A model generated the notes under the pieces. It saw nothing but the letters and a program-made list of their open reading frames with translations. It did no database searches and was not told where the DNA came from. This document shows, one piece after another, positions 41,596-55,300 of a DNA stretch of 64,000 bases. The stretch's first letter is position 1, and each line of letters opens with the position of its first letter. Where the stretch lies: contig NC_134027.1 in the NCBI RefSeq assembly GCF_964204645.1, positions 3,690,485 to 3,754,484 of the forward strand. The letters are read 5' to 3'. The DNA comes from Tubulanus polymorphus. Lineage: Eukaryota > Animalia > Nemertea. A program made the translations under genes and the position numbers.

Positions 41596-42136
41596 AAGTA
41601 TTTGTTATGGCGGATGGAAGTCATAAGATAACCGAAATGAACCATCGCATTATTAGCTGCATGGTACCACTTATACCGACGCTGTTTGAATAACGGCGAC
41701 TCATTGGAGGCTTTGATCAATATTAGTCGAGGAATCACACCAAAAACCCAACCTTCAAATGTAAAATGTGGAATATGCTATATTTTGACGGCGTATACTT
41801 CGGATGAAGTCAAGAATCTGATTGACTTTGAAGCTGTTAGAAAGCACGCTAACGTCCTTATTTTTAGTGAACCAGAGGAACAAGTCAACAGTGTTGACGG
41901 TAGTGGGATCGCTTTAGGTATCATCGAGTGCTTCGCTGAGAATAGAGAAGGTCTAGTATTAAACCTAATTTTGTAAATACCTCTGATAATGTCTGCTTGA
42001 ATTTGAAAATTAAGTTTTTTTTTTTAATTTTCTTTCAGCGGTACTCAAGAAATGTACAGGAATTGCCCGCGAGATAATAAAACTACCAGAATATTTTCCC
42101 TGGGAGTTAGAAGTCCCTGCACTTTACACTCAGTGA
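41596..42136 (+). pseudogene. 5'-truncated, frameshifted inverted paralog of the ATP-grasp gene (C-terminal ~150 codons); exons 41596..41950 and 42039..42136
   Basis: Reads VFVMADGSHKITEMNHRIISCMVP, then a +1 indel near 41673, then LNNGDSLEALINISRGITPK...FAENRE|AVLKKCTGIAREIIKLPEYFPWELEVPALYTQ*. No similarity to the gene upstream of 41596. Confidence 0.85.
41951..42038 (+). other. 88-nt phase-1 intron of the paralog, same position as in the intact gene
   Basis: G|GTCTAG donor, long T tract, tctttCAG acceptor. Splicing restores the homologous frame. Confidence 0.8.
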
Positions 42137-45100
42137 GAGACACCCACACGTCAACTGGATGATACATACGATAAGAATTCACTTCTTTCTGTAGTCTGCA
42201 TCATGGAAAGTATTTATCTGCAATATTGACTGCGTTCATTGAATTTCAAGTTTAATCGCTCTGAAGCTTTAATTTGATAACCATTTAATTTGATAACCAT
42301 TTAAGTTAACAAAAAATGTGAAAACGCTATGGTGCTGTACTGCTTAGGAGTAAGCGTTACATGGTTTTCTTTATGAATGAGTTCAACGATCATGGGAGAC
42401 GACTGTGAAACAATGTTCGACATTCACACTTATCAGTATCGACAATCGAGTTACAATTGACATTGGCTTAATATCTTCCAAAAAATATATTTGCATAGAG
42501 GAAGTGCATAGAAATCCAAGATGTATATGATTTTAGTAAATATTGGAGTAAATGTTAAGTTTTTTTGGTGATATTGTTTAGGAAAACGCAATATCTCCCG
42601 TATGCATGTATATGTAAGCTTATTGATAAAAACAGTCAAATAAGCAAGCTCCCCACGAAACGTCACAGTAACGAAATAAACCCTGGGTCGAATGTCATAT
42701 TTACCAGAATACGAATTGCATTACACGGACCGCTCGAACTATTTGTATATACTGCCACTGATGAAATAATGTTAGTACGTGACAAATCACGGATGGCAGT
42801 GAGAGAGGTAATCAAGACGTAGGTAGGTAAGGCCTATTCTAGCAGCGGCAATGGCCAACGAATGCGTACCGGTACGTTATTTGAACGAGCCCATTTCCAT
42901 CGGCAAAAATGAACCAGGAAAAATAAACTTATACATCTAAAAAGGAAGAGAGACTGTTTGATGCCTTTACTTAACGCAAATATAGGAGACATTTCTGCTT
43001 TGAAGATAATATTCAATGGAAGGGATTATAGTGCGCAATGACGAATGCTTGCAGTGGACCATATGACACGAATCTATTACGAATATTACACCAAATTCAA
43101 ATTCAAAACAACCTGAATGGTCTTTAATGTTAGCAAAGACATTATTGGATTGACAATTCAATATAGTAGACAAAACTATCTGTCAGAATTGAAAATTACG
43201 TTTAAAGCTGTTAGTAGTTGAATCTGAGAGGAGTTATATTTTATGAAATAAATTTGGCTGGAAAGTGGAAAAGTAATTATCACGAGAATTACAAGAGGGT
43301 TTCTGACCCTAAAAACAGCTCACTCAATAGAAATTAGGCTAACAATGATATGCGTGTGGGGGAATTATTCATTTTCAAATTCCCGAGGCTGTCGCAAAAC
43401 CGATACCACGGAGCTGTTAACGTATGGCATGATCTAAACAAATGTTCGAATCGTGACAGAAATCTCTCCCTATTGTCTTGAAATAAAACCTAACTTAACT
43501 AAAGTATCACATTTTTACGAAGTAGAAACACTACAGAATGATGAACCTTTCGTTGCTTGTAAATCTCGGTTAGAGAGATCATCAAAGAGAGATCATCATT
43601 CAGATAATCAAAACCACAACAGCAAAAGCAATAAGAATCTTATTTTCAAACGAGTGAAAGTCTGCAACAATAGACTTAGTTAACTCATTGGCAAATGAGA
43701 TATTTGTTGCTTTCTCTATGCGATAGAATGGAATTCAATATTCAGTATCTTCAGAATAATGTACATGTAATTGTTTTATTGCGAGTACGATTATCTTGTT
43801 TCTCCGGTTTGGAGAGGTCTGTAGTTTTAAGTGACGATTATTCAACGCTAGTGTCCAGAAACTGTGAGGCAATACCACCATGATCACGTACAGGTATTAT
43901 GTGTATATCGGATTAGTAATGGTTGTTGTCTGAAAGAAATTCCACTAATGGCTGACCCTTGATGCTTTTTATGGAGGCTGGAGCACTTGCGTGATGATAT
44001 ATACATGGTGATAAATACATATACGTATCGTAAGGTATTTTATTATATTACGTACATATCCATATTGAAGTGATATAACCACGATTCTGACCTGTCGGAA
44101 AAGTCATTCCCGATAGACACGAATATGGTCGACTAACCAGTCCTCGTGCATTCAGCTGCGCCGAATTGAGGGTTTCTCGTCACGATTTTCTGGGAAGCCA
44201 ACGATAATTACGCCATGACTATGTTCTCCAAAGAAGTTCTTATCTCGGGGCCAAGTGCGATTACCTACAGATGGTTTTGTCGGAGCACACGGATTATGAA
44301 TCATAGGATTGACACTTGGGTGTGTCTGAATGAACTAACGTAATTTTGTGATATTAGTGTTATATGTTACCTAATTAATGTCGAGTTATACCATTCTATT
44401 TTCATATGAATAACTAAGGTCAATTAATTATGAGATTTTTAACAAAATTTTTACAAAATATACAGCAAAATACATTATTGTATTGACAATTCAATAAAGT
44501 TGATATTTTAGGACAAACGAGTAACATGGAAATCAAATAAAAACATGACAGTATAATGGAGCAAAAAGAAAACATATAGGCTATGGGCATATATTTTCCG
44601 ATGACGAATACTTTTGATAAAAGAAATAGTGTTTACGTATTCATCATATACGTTGTTTTAATAGAAAGGTGTTGATATATTCTGAGGTTGATTCGATAGC
44701 GTAACGTTGAATCAAATAGACGCGTCGCCGTCTCATAATAATAATTATAATCTAATTGTTTAATAAACCGAAGTGTAATATTAAAACTTAGTTGTTTTAT
44801 GGCTGATGATTGAAGTCAACTCGAGTGGAATCATCCACCGAATGTTGCATTGGTTGCTGTGGGCGCTATCCGCGGAATGAATAATTTTCATTTTGCATGT
44901 TTCTGCGAAATGCCTTCAGCCATTCACCCGCAGATATAATCATAAATAAATAAATAATCGGAGCTATAAAAATGATATACAATCTCCGACATTACGTAAC
45001 CAGGAAGCAAGTAAATGAATGAATCGATATAGCGCTTTCTTCGAATGAAAGTGTCCTATTTTATAATTGGGATCGGTATCAGAATTAAAATGTCCGATCC

Positions 45101-46451
45101 ACAGAAATTGCTTCCATTTGAACACGATGTTTAAGTTGACAGTAGTTAATGCGGCCTGATCGTAGTCAATCTTTAACTTTGGAAAGGTTCGATCGCCGTC
45201 GACAGCCACAATACGATGTAAGCAGAAATGGGAATCCATCAACATTTCCACAGAAAAAATCCGTAGTCTCAGTTAAAAAACGCTGCCGTTTCACGAGCAA
45301 TCAATATTATAACCGCTGTAGAGGTTTCAGGCTCACATTTGAAACAGATTATCGGTGTCACAATCTCATCTCACCCCGTTGAACCGGTACACACGCATGT
45401 AACCTTTCGCGGAGATACGTTACTAATTGCCTTGTCCAACGTAAACCCTACAATTTGACATTTTACAATTTTTTAAAATTTGCTTTTGTTGAGGGATTCG
45501 AACCCACGTTGGATGAGCTAGTTACACTTTGTTTCACTGATTTCGTATGCACATTGATGAAGTGCCAGTGATCGTTGATACGACAGTAATCAAACGATGG
45601 CCTAACAACAAAAACCGCGATTTTCCTCTGATGTCTGTCGATGATCATTCCAACCGAGAAATGAACTGTACCTCGTAATATCTATCTACTACTCTTGTGA
45701 TCTTTCGATCGGGCTAAATTGATGCCATCTTGGTAAACTATGCGGAAAGTATATGCACAGCGGCGATGATGCTCCCGACGATCTTCGGCGTGATACCCAA
45801 CACAAGAATGAAGACTAATAGCCTTATTCCCACAACTTGTCGTCAGGATATAACACCTGCGCCAAATCACAGCTAAAAATGCACTGTACAGTAAATGAAA
45901 AATAGTTTGTAGATACTGCAATGACTTATAATCTGGTCGTCTGTGCACTACAAGGACTGTTTGACAAAACATCGGAGGCCAAAGGCCATTGTTGTTGAAA
46001 ATAGCTGGATAAATGGCTAGATATGATCATATTGGTGTCAGGAGTGACACTTAATTGCGTATTCGTGACACAAGTGTAAAATTACCATATGTATCATTAG
46101 TCAAATATGTAATGCGCGTGAGGATTTGCGGCCAATCCTTAACGATATATCATACAATGGTTTTACCTTGGACCCAGTGAGCAGTGTGACTGATTCGATT
46201 AGATTCGATATTTTATTGAATTTCATGTATTTAAATTTTTCCAACAAAATATGTATTCAACCGATCGCAGGGATGCTTTTACACACGTTTTCACTCTGCT
46301 TTCGTTTCGATCTACTTTGGCAGGTGAAACTCATCTATAGAGGCCTATATGAGATATCAGAAACGCTTCGCAACACAGCGCTTCAATTACTATGGAACGA
46401 ATACTTCCAAACTCCGTAAAACCAACGATTAGAATTTAGCAAGATAAAGAA

Positions 46452-46700
46452 TCGACTTTTTGTTCCACAATGCATTCAATTTTCTCCAAGGATATTTCGC
46501 TGCAGAGGTATTAATCAGTAATTCATTGTCCAGAATAAAAACCCATTGACCAAATGCATTTCAGATGCACACAGCTTCCAGAAAACCATTGCACTATGGC
46601 TGTACGCCTTCCGTCATCGTTAAGCCACAATTTGTCAACGAAAACTCCCATGGCTTGTTCAAGCTAATGACATACATATTTTACAACCTATTAGCTTCAG
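46452..46700 (-). pseudogene. Possible decayed BAH-domain-like coding fragment
   Basis: Across frameshifts it reads NKPW / VFVDKLWLNDDGRRTAIVQWF / ILDNELLINTS / EISLEKIECIV, resembling the BAH pattern KPY...I..LW....G....V.WF...NELF....I....I. By-eye recognition only. Confidence 0.3.
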
Positions 46701-48027
46701 CACTCCACTGTGGATGATACATGGTGAACTTCTAATTCTAAGTTAGGCTCGGCAATTCCAAATCTCGCAGACATCCGTATAGGCCTGGTAACACATATAC
46801 AGTAGGTCTTTGATATTCCAAACATGATTTTTCAATTTTTCAAAACGGTTCGAGATTGAATATTCATTAGATTGATGGTTGCATTAAAATCTCCAGTCAC
46901 GGACGGAAAACAAAACAATTCCCATTAAACGTACGCCCAATATACTATGCGTATGGTTTGATAAAGACCTCGCTCTTTCAGTTATCAGCGAGGAGTATAT
47001 ATTTGGCTTTAGCACGAAGAAGTTGATTAAAGTTCAAAGAATCCTTACACTGACTATCTACGTAAATGAAATCGAGACAAACTTTTTCAAAGCAGAAAGC
47101 CATACAATGACACTGTTTAGTGTTAAAGGAACTCAAAGCTGCACAATGAAGGCTTTGCTTTGAAGTTAGTTGTTTTTGCTTTGAAGTTAGTTGTTGTTCA
47201 TCTATGGTATATCTGATTAAATTTAAATGTTAAACAATACGTAGACATTAGCCTATATCGCGAGAAAGTAAAGACTTATCATTTCCTTTGCGAGTGTCAT
47301 CGGCGACGATCCCTTATGCAACTAAAATTATCACACGCCGTGTGCCCGAAGCCGAAAAGAAATTAACCGAGCTCTTCATAATTCAAATTCGTTGGAGTGA
47401 ACCGCTAGATCCACGACCAATTGAGTTCATCAACGTAAAAACTATCTGTAACCATCGCCCCTAGCCGTGTTCTCGGTAAGTCTATTTCACTCGACATGTC
47501 ATTGACGAGCTATACCACTTCCGCGTAAGTCTGCACAATATTCAAATTTGATATGCCGGCTGAAGGCGTTTTGGGGTTATCATCAACTCCATGTATACTT
47601 TACACCCAAATGATATTGAACACACAATGCGGACCATTGCAAACCCATGTCTCAAGGGCGTGCTTTAGTACATATACGTAGATACGTGGGATTATCCTAT
47701 TTCTTTGCTCGAGGTACTCTATGATAAGAGTCACAGTTTCCTTGAATTGGACAACAAAATACTAACTGTGTAGGATATGAATAAATTGATAAAATGTAAT
47801 CAAAATTTGCAACATGTTACACGTTCAAGCTTTTTTCATCATGGGAAATGATGCAGTCAAATATAACGTTCAAAAATATCTTATCGTCTTCCATCACGAC
47901 AGTCACGATATGAATGCGCATCGGCGATAATGACAGAACAAACTGAAATAAACGCTACGGTTGACAGGTTGCATCACGCGAAAGACACTATAAAGGCAAA
48001 AAAGGCCATGATCGCAAATTTCGATTA

Positions 48028-48407
48028 GGCTGTTTCCCGTGAAACGGGTGCAGACGCCGAGGTGGGTGCGGATGCGGAGGCGGGTGGGTGCGAACCCTTA
48101 TGTGGGCATTGTGTTTCCACGAAACGGCCCATTCGCGAGAACGTTCACAATTAGCACTTTTTGAAATCTAATTCTACTCCCCATGATTACTTTCTTTCCA
48201 CTAAATGAACTTTCACACCTCGCTAATCCCTGAATTATCACCTCGCAATCGTTTAACGCGATCGAATTACCGTTTGTACCCCCGCGACTCCATTTCTCCC
48301 TAAAACCTGATGATGGTCCGGCCGAAACTTTTCGCGGGAAGCAAACGGCTGTGGCCGAAATCCCTACACGGCATACGCCTCCACATCCGCCTCGTGGAAA
48401 ACCAGTG
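48028..48407. mobile_element. Degenerate GC-rich MITE
   Basis: Left GCGGATGCGGAGGCG matches the reverse complement of the right end GCGGATGTGGAGGCG (14/15). The terminal CTG..TTTCC..GA motif occurs at both ends and once internally (~48112). Confidence 0.5.
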
Positions 48408-51400
48408 ATTCAAAAATATTTTTGGATCATATACATATTCTCAGATTACTATACCTGCTGAATTCATTAACGTGCCCAATATTAGCTAAGTTCGGTGACT
48501 AACTAACCCTTGTGCGGGATCAATGCTATCTACTTGCGATGTGATCTATCGTATAAATCACGTTCATCTATACAGATTACGAGAGCGTTGAGTAATTACC
48601 GATTAACAGAATCGATGAACACGTTATTTTCTGCTGGTTATGTCGTTTATTATCAATCTACAACCCGTGGGCATATCCATATTTGACCTTCTTAGAACTC
48701 GCCATTTTGTCTACCAACAACGCAATACATGTTACAACACTCCCAGTTGCCGATTTTACACGCTGGGATTTTAAGGTATTCCTCGGAATATCTCTAATAG
48801 CTAACTACGTTGGAAGATGCACGTAACTAAACAAGCATTATAACACGGTAGCAAATTTTCAAGCGCGCCCTGAAGTTAGGTTCAAAATTGAAGTCTATCA
48901 AACATTCCTCCGGGTGCACAGTTGAAAAACGACGAATTGAATAAGATGAGGTCATGTTCCCATATCAACAATTTGATCATCTGCTATTCACCATGACTGG
49001 ATTAGGTTCATTGAAATATTCTTGAAAAACACAAGATTGTCTGTTATTAGGCTTAGGGTCTAACATAACCGGAGAAGCGCTGATTTAGTCGGTATATCCT
49101 GGGCGCTCGACCAGCGACCTTGATGCAATCGGTAAGCAATTCCAGTCATTCACCCGTTCTATTTGCCAGTTTTGTTTACGGCCGCAAAGGAGTCTGAAGA
49201 AGCAATGATATATTTCTCCACTGGTTGGAAACGATTGCTGATTAGGCAAATGCGCAAAGGTTACGATCATCGCTTCAATTAGCACGATAATCCAATCCTC
49301 AAAGTAGCGTCGTATGAGGCAGTACTTACAGCGAGGTAATTGTATTTCGCCGATATTCGAATTATATATCGACTCGCCTTTCGTATTTGTACTTTCCTTA
49401 ACTTTCTGTATGTTATAAATTAATTTGGCGCAATCGATTCCGAGAGCGGAGTGATTGATCAGACAGAACTGATAATAACGATTGACAGATAATGATTGTG
49501 ATACGTGACACATTCAAAAGTCGATTATGTCAGTAGTTAACACCGTCTCACATAGGATGTACATGCCGGATTTGTAGATTAGATATCCACATCGCCGCTG
49601 GGGGATAATGCTTTCAAGATAAGATGTATAGGTCTGGGATTTCTGGTGCAAAAAGATGGAAGCATTTGATCGGTGCATATGATGTTTTTTTTCGTAGTTA
49701 TTTATCAGTTCGGGATTATTCCAAACTGACTTCATACATAAATCTCAATAAATCTTAATGGACGTTGTAACCCGAGCATAAATTGTCTTTAGATAAATTA
49801 CTACGAGTAAGTCATAGATCTATACGGCAACGCACTAAATCCTACCATCATACCCATGCACTTTGTTGAGGTTATCTTTTTTTTCAAATAATTATCAGGA
49901 TTCTCCTTCGAGGCGCCTAAACCTTTGACTTTATATCAAATAACCAGGCGAATCTTTGTGACAAAGGTCGGTTTCCCGATAATCGATTTCATTTGACATC
50001 ATCTGCAGTAGCTAATTATTTAGTTTTTGCTTTGCATTGGAAGTATCAACAACATTCGACAGACATCAAAGGTATGAGCGAACCTATTACAGAAGCTATG
50101 TCGATCTTATAACCATATGTTCCGAGGATCCTGTGCCAAAAATCTGCAGACCATAAACTCATGAGATACTTATAAGCAGATCTAGGCGTTATCCAAGTTA
50201 TATCAGGGAGTTCAAGTTTTCGCCTAACAACAATCGGTCACCTTAACTACGTAATTCCAGTTTTTATGGAGTCACGTTTATTGGGCGTTGGTGCGTAGGA
50301 GTCAATCGCTCTTTTACGTGTTCAGTAGTCCAAAGAAATACGACATACCCCTCCCCCTGGAGCGGCTTGTAATTCTAGCAAGTCACTTGATGATCGTGAG
50401 GTGATAATTTTATCGTGCAGGTTTATCATTAATTCGGTACTAAATGAACCCGTAAATTAATCTCTTCGCAATATCAGTTTGTGACACGGCCTTAAACTGT
50501 CTTGTTTCGCGTTGCGTTTTACTGTTCTATCAATAAACAGCGATTTATGTTCGAAACGAACAAATCCGACACTTTCGAAATAAATCAGAACACATTTCAT
50601 GTGCGTTTAATACAACATTCGATACGACCGTGTTACGTGTTTGTATTCAATTTCTATCAGGTAAATAACTACGATGTTTGTGTCAACGCTACTACCATCT
50701 ATTCGAAATCGCAGAGGAATAATTATGGACGCGGTTTCACTTTGGTCCATCATTGATGGAAAATAGAAAAGTGTTTTTCTACGCAGACCCTATTTTACGC
50801 ATGGAATCACTCAAAAAAAAGATCCCACCCGCTCAACACACAATAAGACATGGAAACAAATATGTCAGGCATCTAATATCGAAAATTTACATCGGTTACT
50901 CGTCATTTTTCTTTAATTTTAAAAATCCTTCTCCAAGTAATATTGATTCGCGCAGACGTTCCCTGTAAGGAGTAGTCCAATTAGCGATTCCCTGCAGTAC
51001 GTACATCTGTAATTGAACAAATGGATAGAAAATGATACCAGAATAATGATTTTCATATAAATCAAGAAAGGCATAAACTCAGGTTGTCTCTGTATTCGAT
51101 TAGCAAAAGTATTATATACAATTTGGTCGTATGCCAAAACATTCAGTCGAATCTCATAATGATAATTTACATTAAATTATATATAACCGATTGATATATG
51201 ATTTATGAGATTAGTACTCGTACATTGTTTCGATAGTCATTTCCAGCAACCCGGTATATATGTCACCAATATCCTTCCAGACCCAATCGAAAAAAGTAAT
51301 TTCCCTTCGGTTTGGTTGGTGTTTCGATTATCCAATCATTGAAATGTCTAGGATGGGTATTTTCCATGGCTGGTCGAAGATTTTTCTTTACCTAACGCGG

Positions 51401-51885
51401 CTTCATAATCAGATAGTCGATGGTCGATTTGCGTGAAGTCCTTTTATATACAATCCATTGATCTTGCGGTGGTTCCAAAGACAACTTTCTTTCTAGTTTT
51501 GTTCTTGATACAATGTACTGGCTGATTGAGAAGAAAACTCCTCTTCAAGTTACTCATTCACAAAATATCTGTTCTTTGATTTACAACATTATATTTCAGA
51601 TTTTTCATTCCATATTATAGTTCAGTAGGGTTACTGTATCAACCACTAACCATTACATGGCCATGAAAATAATCGACGACTTTTTAATGATAGGCTAAAA
51701 TCGGAAGCTCGTTTGTTTTATATTATTCCGTTGGGCCCTGTGAGGAAACCCGATAACCAGGAAAATAGGTAACGAATTAAGTTCAAAACCACTGTCATAA
51801 CGTTTAAATGGCATCAGTGGTGGACAAATACATAACCAGGCGGATTTATGATATGTCTGTTATAATGCTTACCTACCTGCTAAAA

Positions 51886-52310
51886 ATCAACATCTACCCG
51901 AGAAAAAACCACTATCGGACTATTTACACGTAGAAAAGGACCAAAAAAATATAAAAATGGACAAAATGATCTTGTAATATAGCTATTTCCAAAATATCAT
52001 TGTATTAAATTAGGCAGCCAGAAAAAAATCATCCCAATCAGTCGCTTGCCGGTTCAGACTGATTGGAAGATTGTTTGGATGAACCGGAACCGAATTTCCA
52101 ATTATGTACTTCGATTTAAAAATATTCTGTTAACTCGACCGCCGATCACACATCTATATCTGTACTTCGATTTCCGATTTCAAAATCAAACCCCCTGTTT
52201 CGCTCCCGGCAGGTGTGGTGGGTCTGTAAGGGACACTCAATCGAAAAATCAAACAAAATTTACCAGCCAAATAAATAAATAATGGGGACAATCCCTTTTT
52301 AAGATCAAAA
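51886..52310 (+). repeat. Dispersed ~425-bp repeat, copy A
   Basis: Reverse complement of 60668..61102, about 95% identical by eye. Contains an internal duplicated TGTACTTCGATTT. Confidence 0.92.
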
Positions 52311-55300
52311 ACAGGAAAAAGGAGTACCCGATTGACAGAAGTCTCATTTCAAATTCATTTTTGGTTGTTATTCAGTATGAGCAGAATTGAAGTATTTAGA
52401 TAGTGATGAGATGTTGAAATTGCTTGAATCTAATGTGGAAAGATTTACCCCATCATCAGGCATAAGACAACAAAACAGCATATCCCGGTCAACAATAAAA
52501 CAAAGCAAAATGTCATGTCAATCATTTTCAGCTTCATTCTCACGTCTTTAAGTCTGCATATCAAAGTTTATCAGACAGAATTGAGAGATCAAAAAACATG
52601 ACGGCGATGGTACGCAGGTGCCTATCTGTACCATTATCTGCCAGAAGCTCTCGTGTTTTGTCGGAAACGAATGTTCGGGGATTCTTGATCTTCAACACTA
52701 AACGGAAACAATTCACCCTAACTGCGCATGCGTAATGAATATCTACAAAGCTTCTCTTTCCGGAAATAGACTTTAAAAAATTTCACGAACACAAGTTGAT
52801 CAAATTTACTTCTCTCGTTCTGCGCAGTTACCTAGTCACCTACAGCATTCTACGTGCACCAAATAATTTATTGTAATCTAGTTACGCGAGCAGTCCATCA
52901 CTTTAGTGTGAAATCAGTTTTAGAATTATTTTATGCTTAAACAATGTTTTTAATTGCGTCGGTGTATCACGAAAGGATGAAATTACCGTACATCATTCGA
53001 TTGGTCGTGATTCACTCTGTCTTATATTACTGTATCTAACAACACATATTTACATTACATACTTAGCCCGTTTTTAAATTGCTCATACATCATAATGAGA
53101 ATTCTACACAATAAAGCCAAACATGACTTATTGAGTCTTTGCCTGATTGCTTTATTATGAGGTAATACTCCGATTTATTAACCACAAAGAACAGTTGACA
53201 TTCTACAAAGATCGAATCTGAATGTGGTTTGAGGCCTGGTGGAATGGTTAGATCCACCGTTTAGACACCAACGATTTGCTTCTTAGAAAATCAATGGTGC
53301 TTTTTGTTCGCGAAATGAGTGTCAAGAAATTCAATTTCCCGGTGTTAGGCTTTCCATAATTGATTGAACGACACCGATCACCATGGCATTTTAGTAGAAA
53401 ATAATATCGTCAAAAGGTTTATAGCGAATTTATATCTGTCATATATTCGTAAGCGGTCCTTCCAGATATAAATGATAATTGAATCATCCTTATGGGTGTA
53501 TTGAGCATTTATTCGTTTATCGATATAATACCGCGTGAGGAACATACGATTTCGCAGCGCAAGCCAAAAAGCTGTATCCAATTAAGCTATACGTGTATAT
53601 CAACCAGTCTATATTGATACCGGGTCATGCAATGGTCTTCGTTTATGAGTCCATACGGTTAAATGCACGAACGCATCGTGACAGAATTATAGTGTGTACA
53701 TCAAAGAAATCCATTTTTCCCGGGCAGTATCGCATGAGATGAGATGTAGTTCTACGCACGCTTGACAACAAATATATTAATGAAAATCTCCCCTGCAAAC
53801 ATATCCCTGTTTAGAAATTTCCCCGGGCAGGAAAAATCCCCTGAGTTGAATTTCACAACAGAATCTATCATTATTCTCATGTTGATTCGACAGACATAGA
53901 TTGCATAATTCTAATTGCTCAATCTTATTAACCCTGTAGATAACAGTAATTCCTTCGATCGCATGTACAATCAAACTGTCAACTGTTGCATGTCAAACGT
54001 GTTATATCGGATGATGGCGACGGCTTCGATCACTCTCGGTGTGAGATGCGCCACGAAATCAATCGAATAATTTGAAATCACCACCGCTCATCGATACGGT
54101 CGATTAAGAAGTAAAATCTGTACAAACAGACTTTGCCTCCTGAGCAAACATTTCCCAGTTCACTATTCATTATCCAGTAACACGCAATCTGCGTAGAACG
54201 ACGTATTATAAGATTTGAAACCTGTTTTGAAATGAAATTGGACGCGGTTTCATTAGATTAAGTTTGACGCTATATCGGGCGCTTCACTACTATAGAGTGA
54301 AATGTTCCGGGGTCGATTTCTTTAACTTTTGAGCATATATTTCACCAGAACGATGTCTTGAAGCTCGTATAATAATTTGGAATCCGTATCGACGACTGGC
54401 AACGAAAGAAAAACGTCTTATATTAAAGTTTGCTCGCAATGTTGCATTCCTCTCTTACAGAATGCTGGTTTCAGATATCAGCTTCAAATGTTTGATGTCT
54501 TTCGACGAGTTATGTAAGAAGACGCGGTGAATGGATATAACAACTCTTTGTTCCCCGTTGTCTGCATGGTAGAATGGGTTTTCCGCTTTTAGGGACAAAC
54601 ACGGAAATCTAATATCTGCCAATCAGCGCTGTGATGGTTTTAAATCCCGATACCTGAAATTAAATCGCGCAGAAGTTCTACAAGGGGCTTCCGACGCGTC
54701 AATATATTCATTCAGCCAACAGACCTTTTGATTCAAGGTGTGTGCACTTTGGTGAACGATCGAAAAGATCGACTGTAAGGATTGCAATACTAAAAGACCA
54801 ATTTCATTTACAGAAACTGCTCTGCTTCATTGTAGTGTCCAAGCACGTAAGATCTGAATAGGTTTGTGACTTGTTGAATCATGGAGTTCATCTTTACAAT
54901 GGCTCATTTATCCGTCCTGTAAATTGTTGTGTTTACGGACAGTTTACTTCGAGTTTAATATCTGTATGATTTCGTGACGTTAAATGAACAATGTAAGGTT
55001 AGACTGAGGAATACGAGATCCGAACGACGTAAAGCCGATGTAACTTTCACATAACGATATAGTTTATAGTGATGAGCCTGTAAAAGGTGTGAACATCCTC
55101 TTTTTCCACGATCTTTGTGTCTCAATTTTTTGAATTGCTTAATAAACAATGTCAGCACCAAGGAGAAAACATTCCCACTAAAGAATTCGAGGAATACCCC
55201 CTACGAACTTCGTGCGTGAGATGAAAAATACACCAATCATTTCGTCTGAATGACTGCCTATCAATTGCATGGCGAGTAGTCAGTCAGTGGTATAGTTCTG

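Noticed and set aside
48306-48340. Hammerhead-like CTGATGA-TGGTCCGGCC-GAAAC
   Set aside because: Core boxes are present but I found no convincing stem III, NUH site or stem I.
49085-49513. 142-aa minus-strand ORF
   Set aside because: Non-ATG start, random-looking composition, no motif.
54461-54517. NAGFRYQLQMF after a splice acceptor, resembling the dual-specificity phosphatase PNxGFxxQL motif
   Set aside because: No upstream HCxxGxxRS exon noticed. Likely chance.
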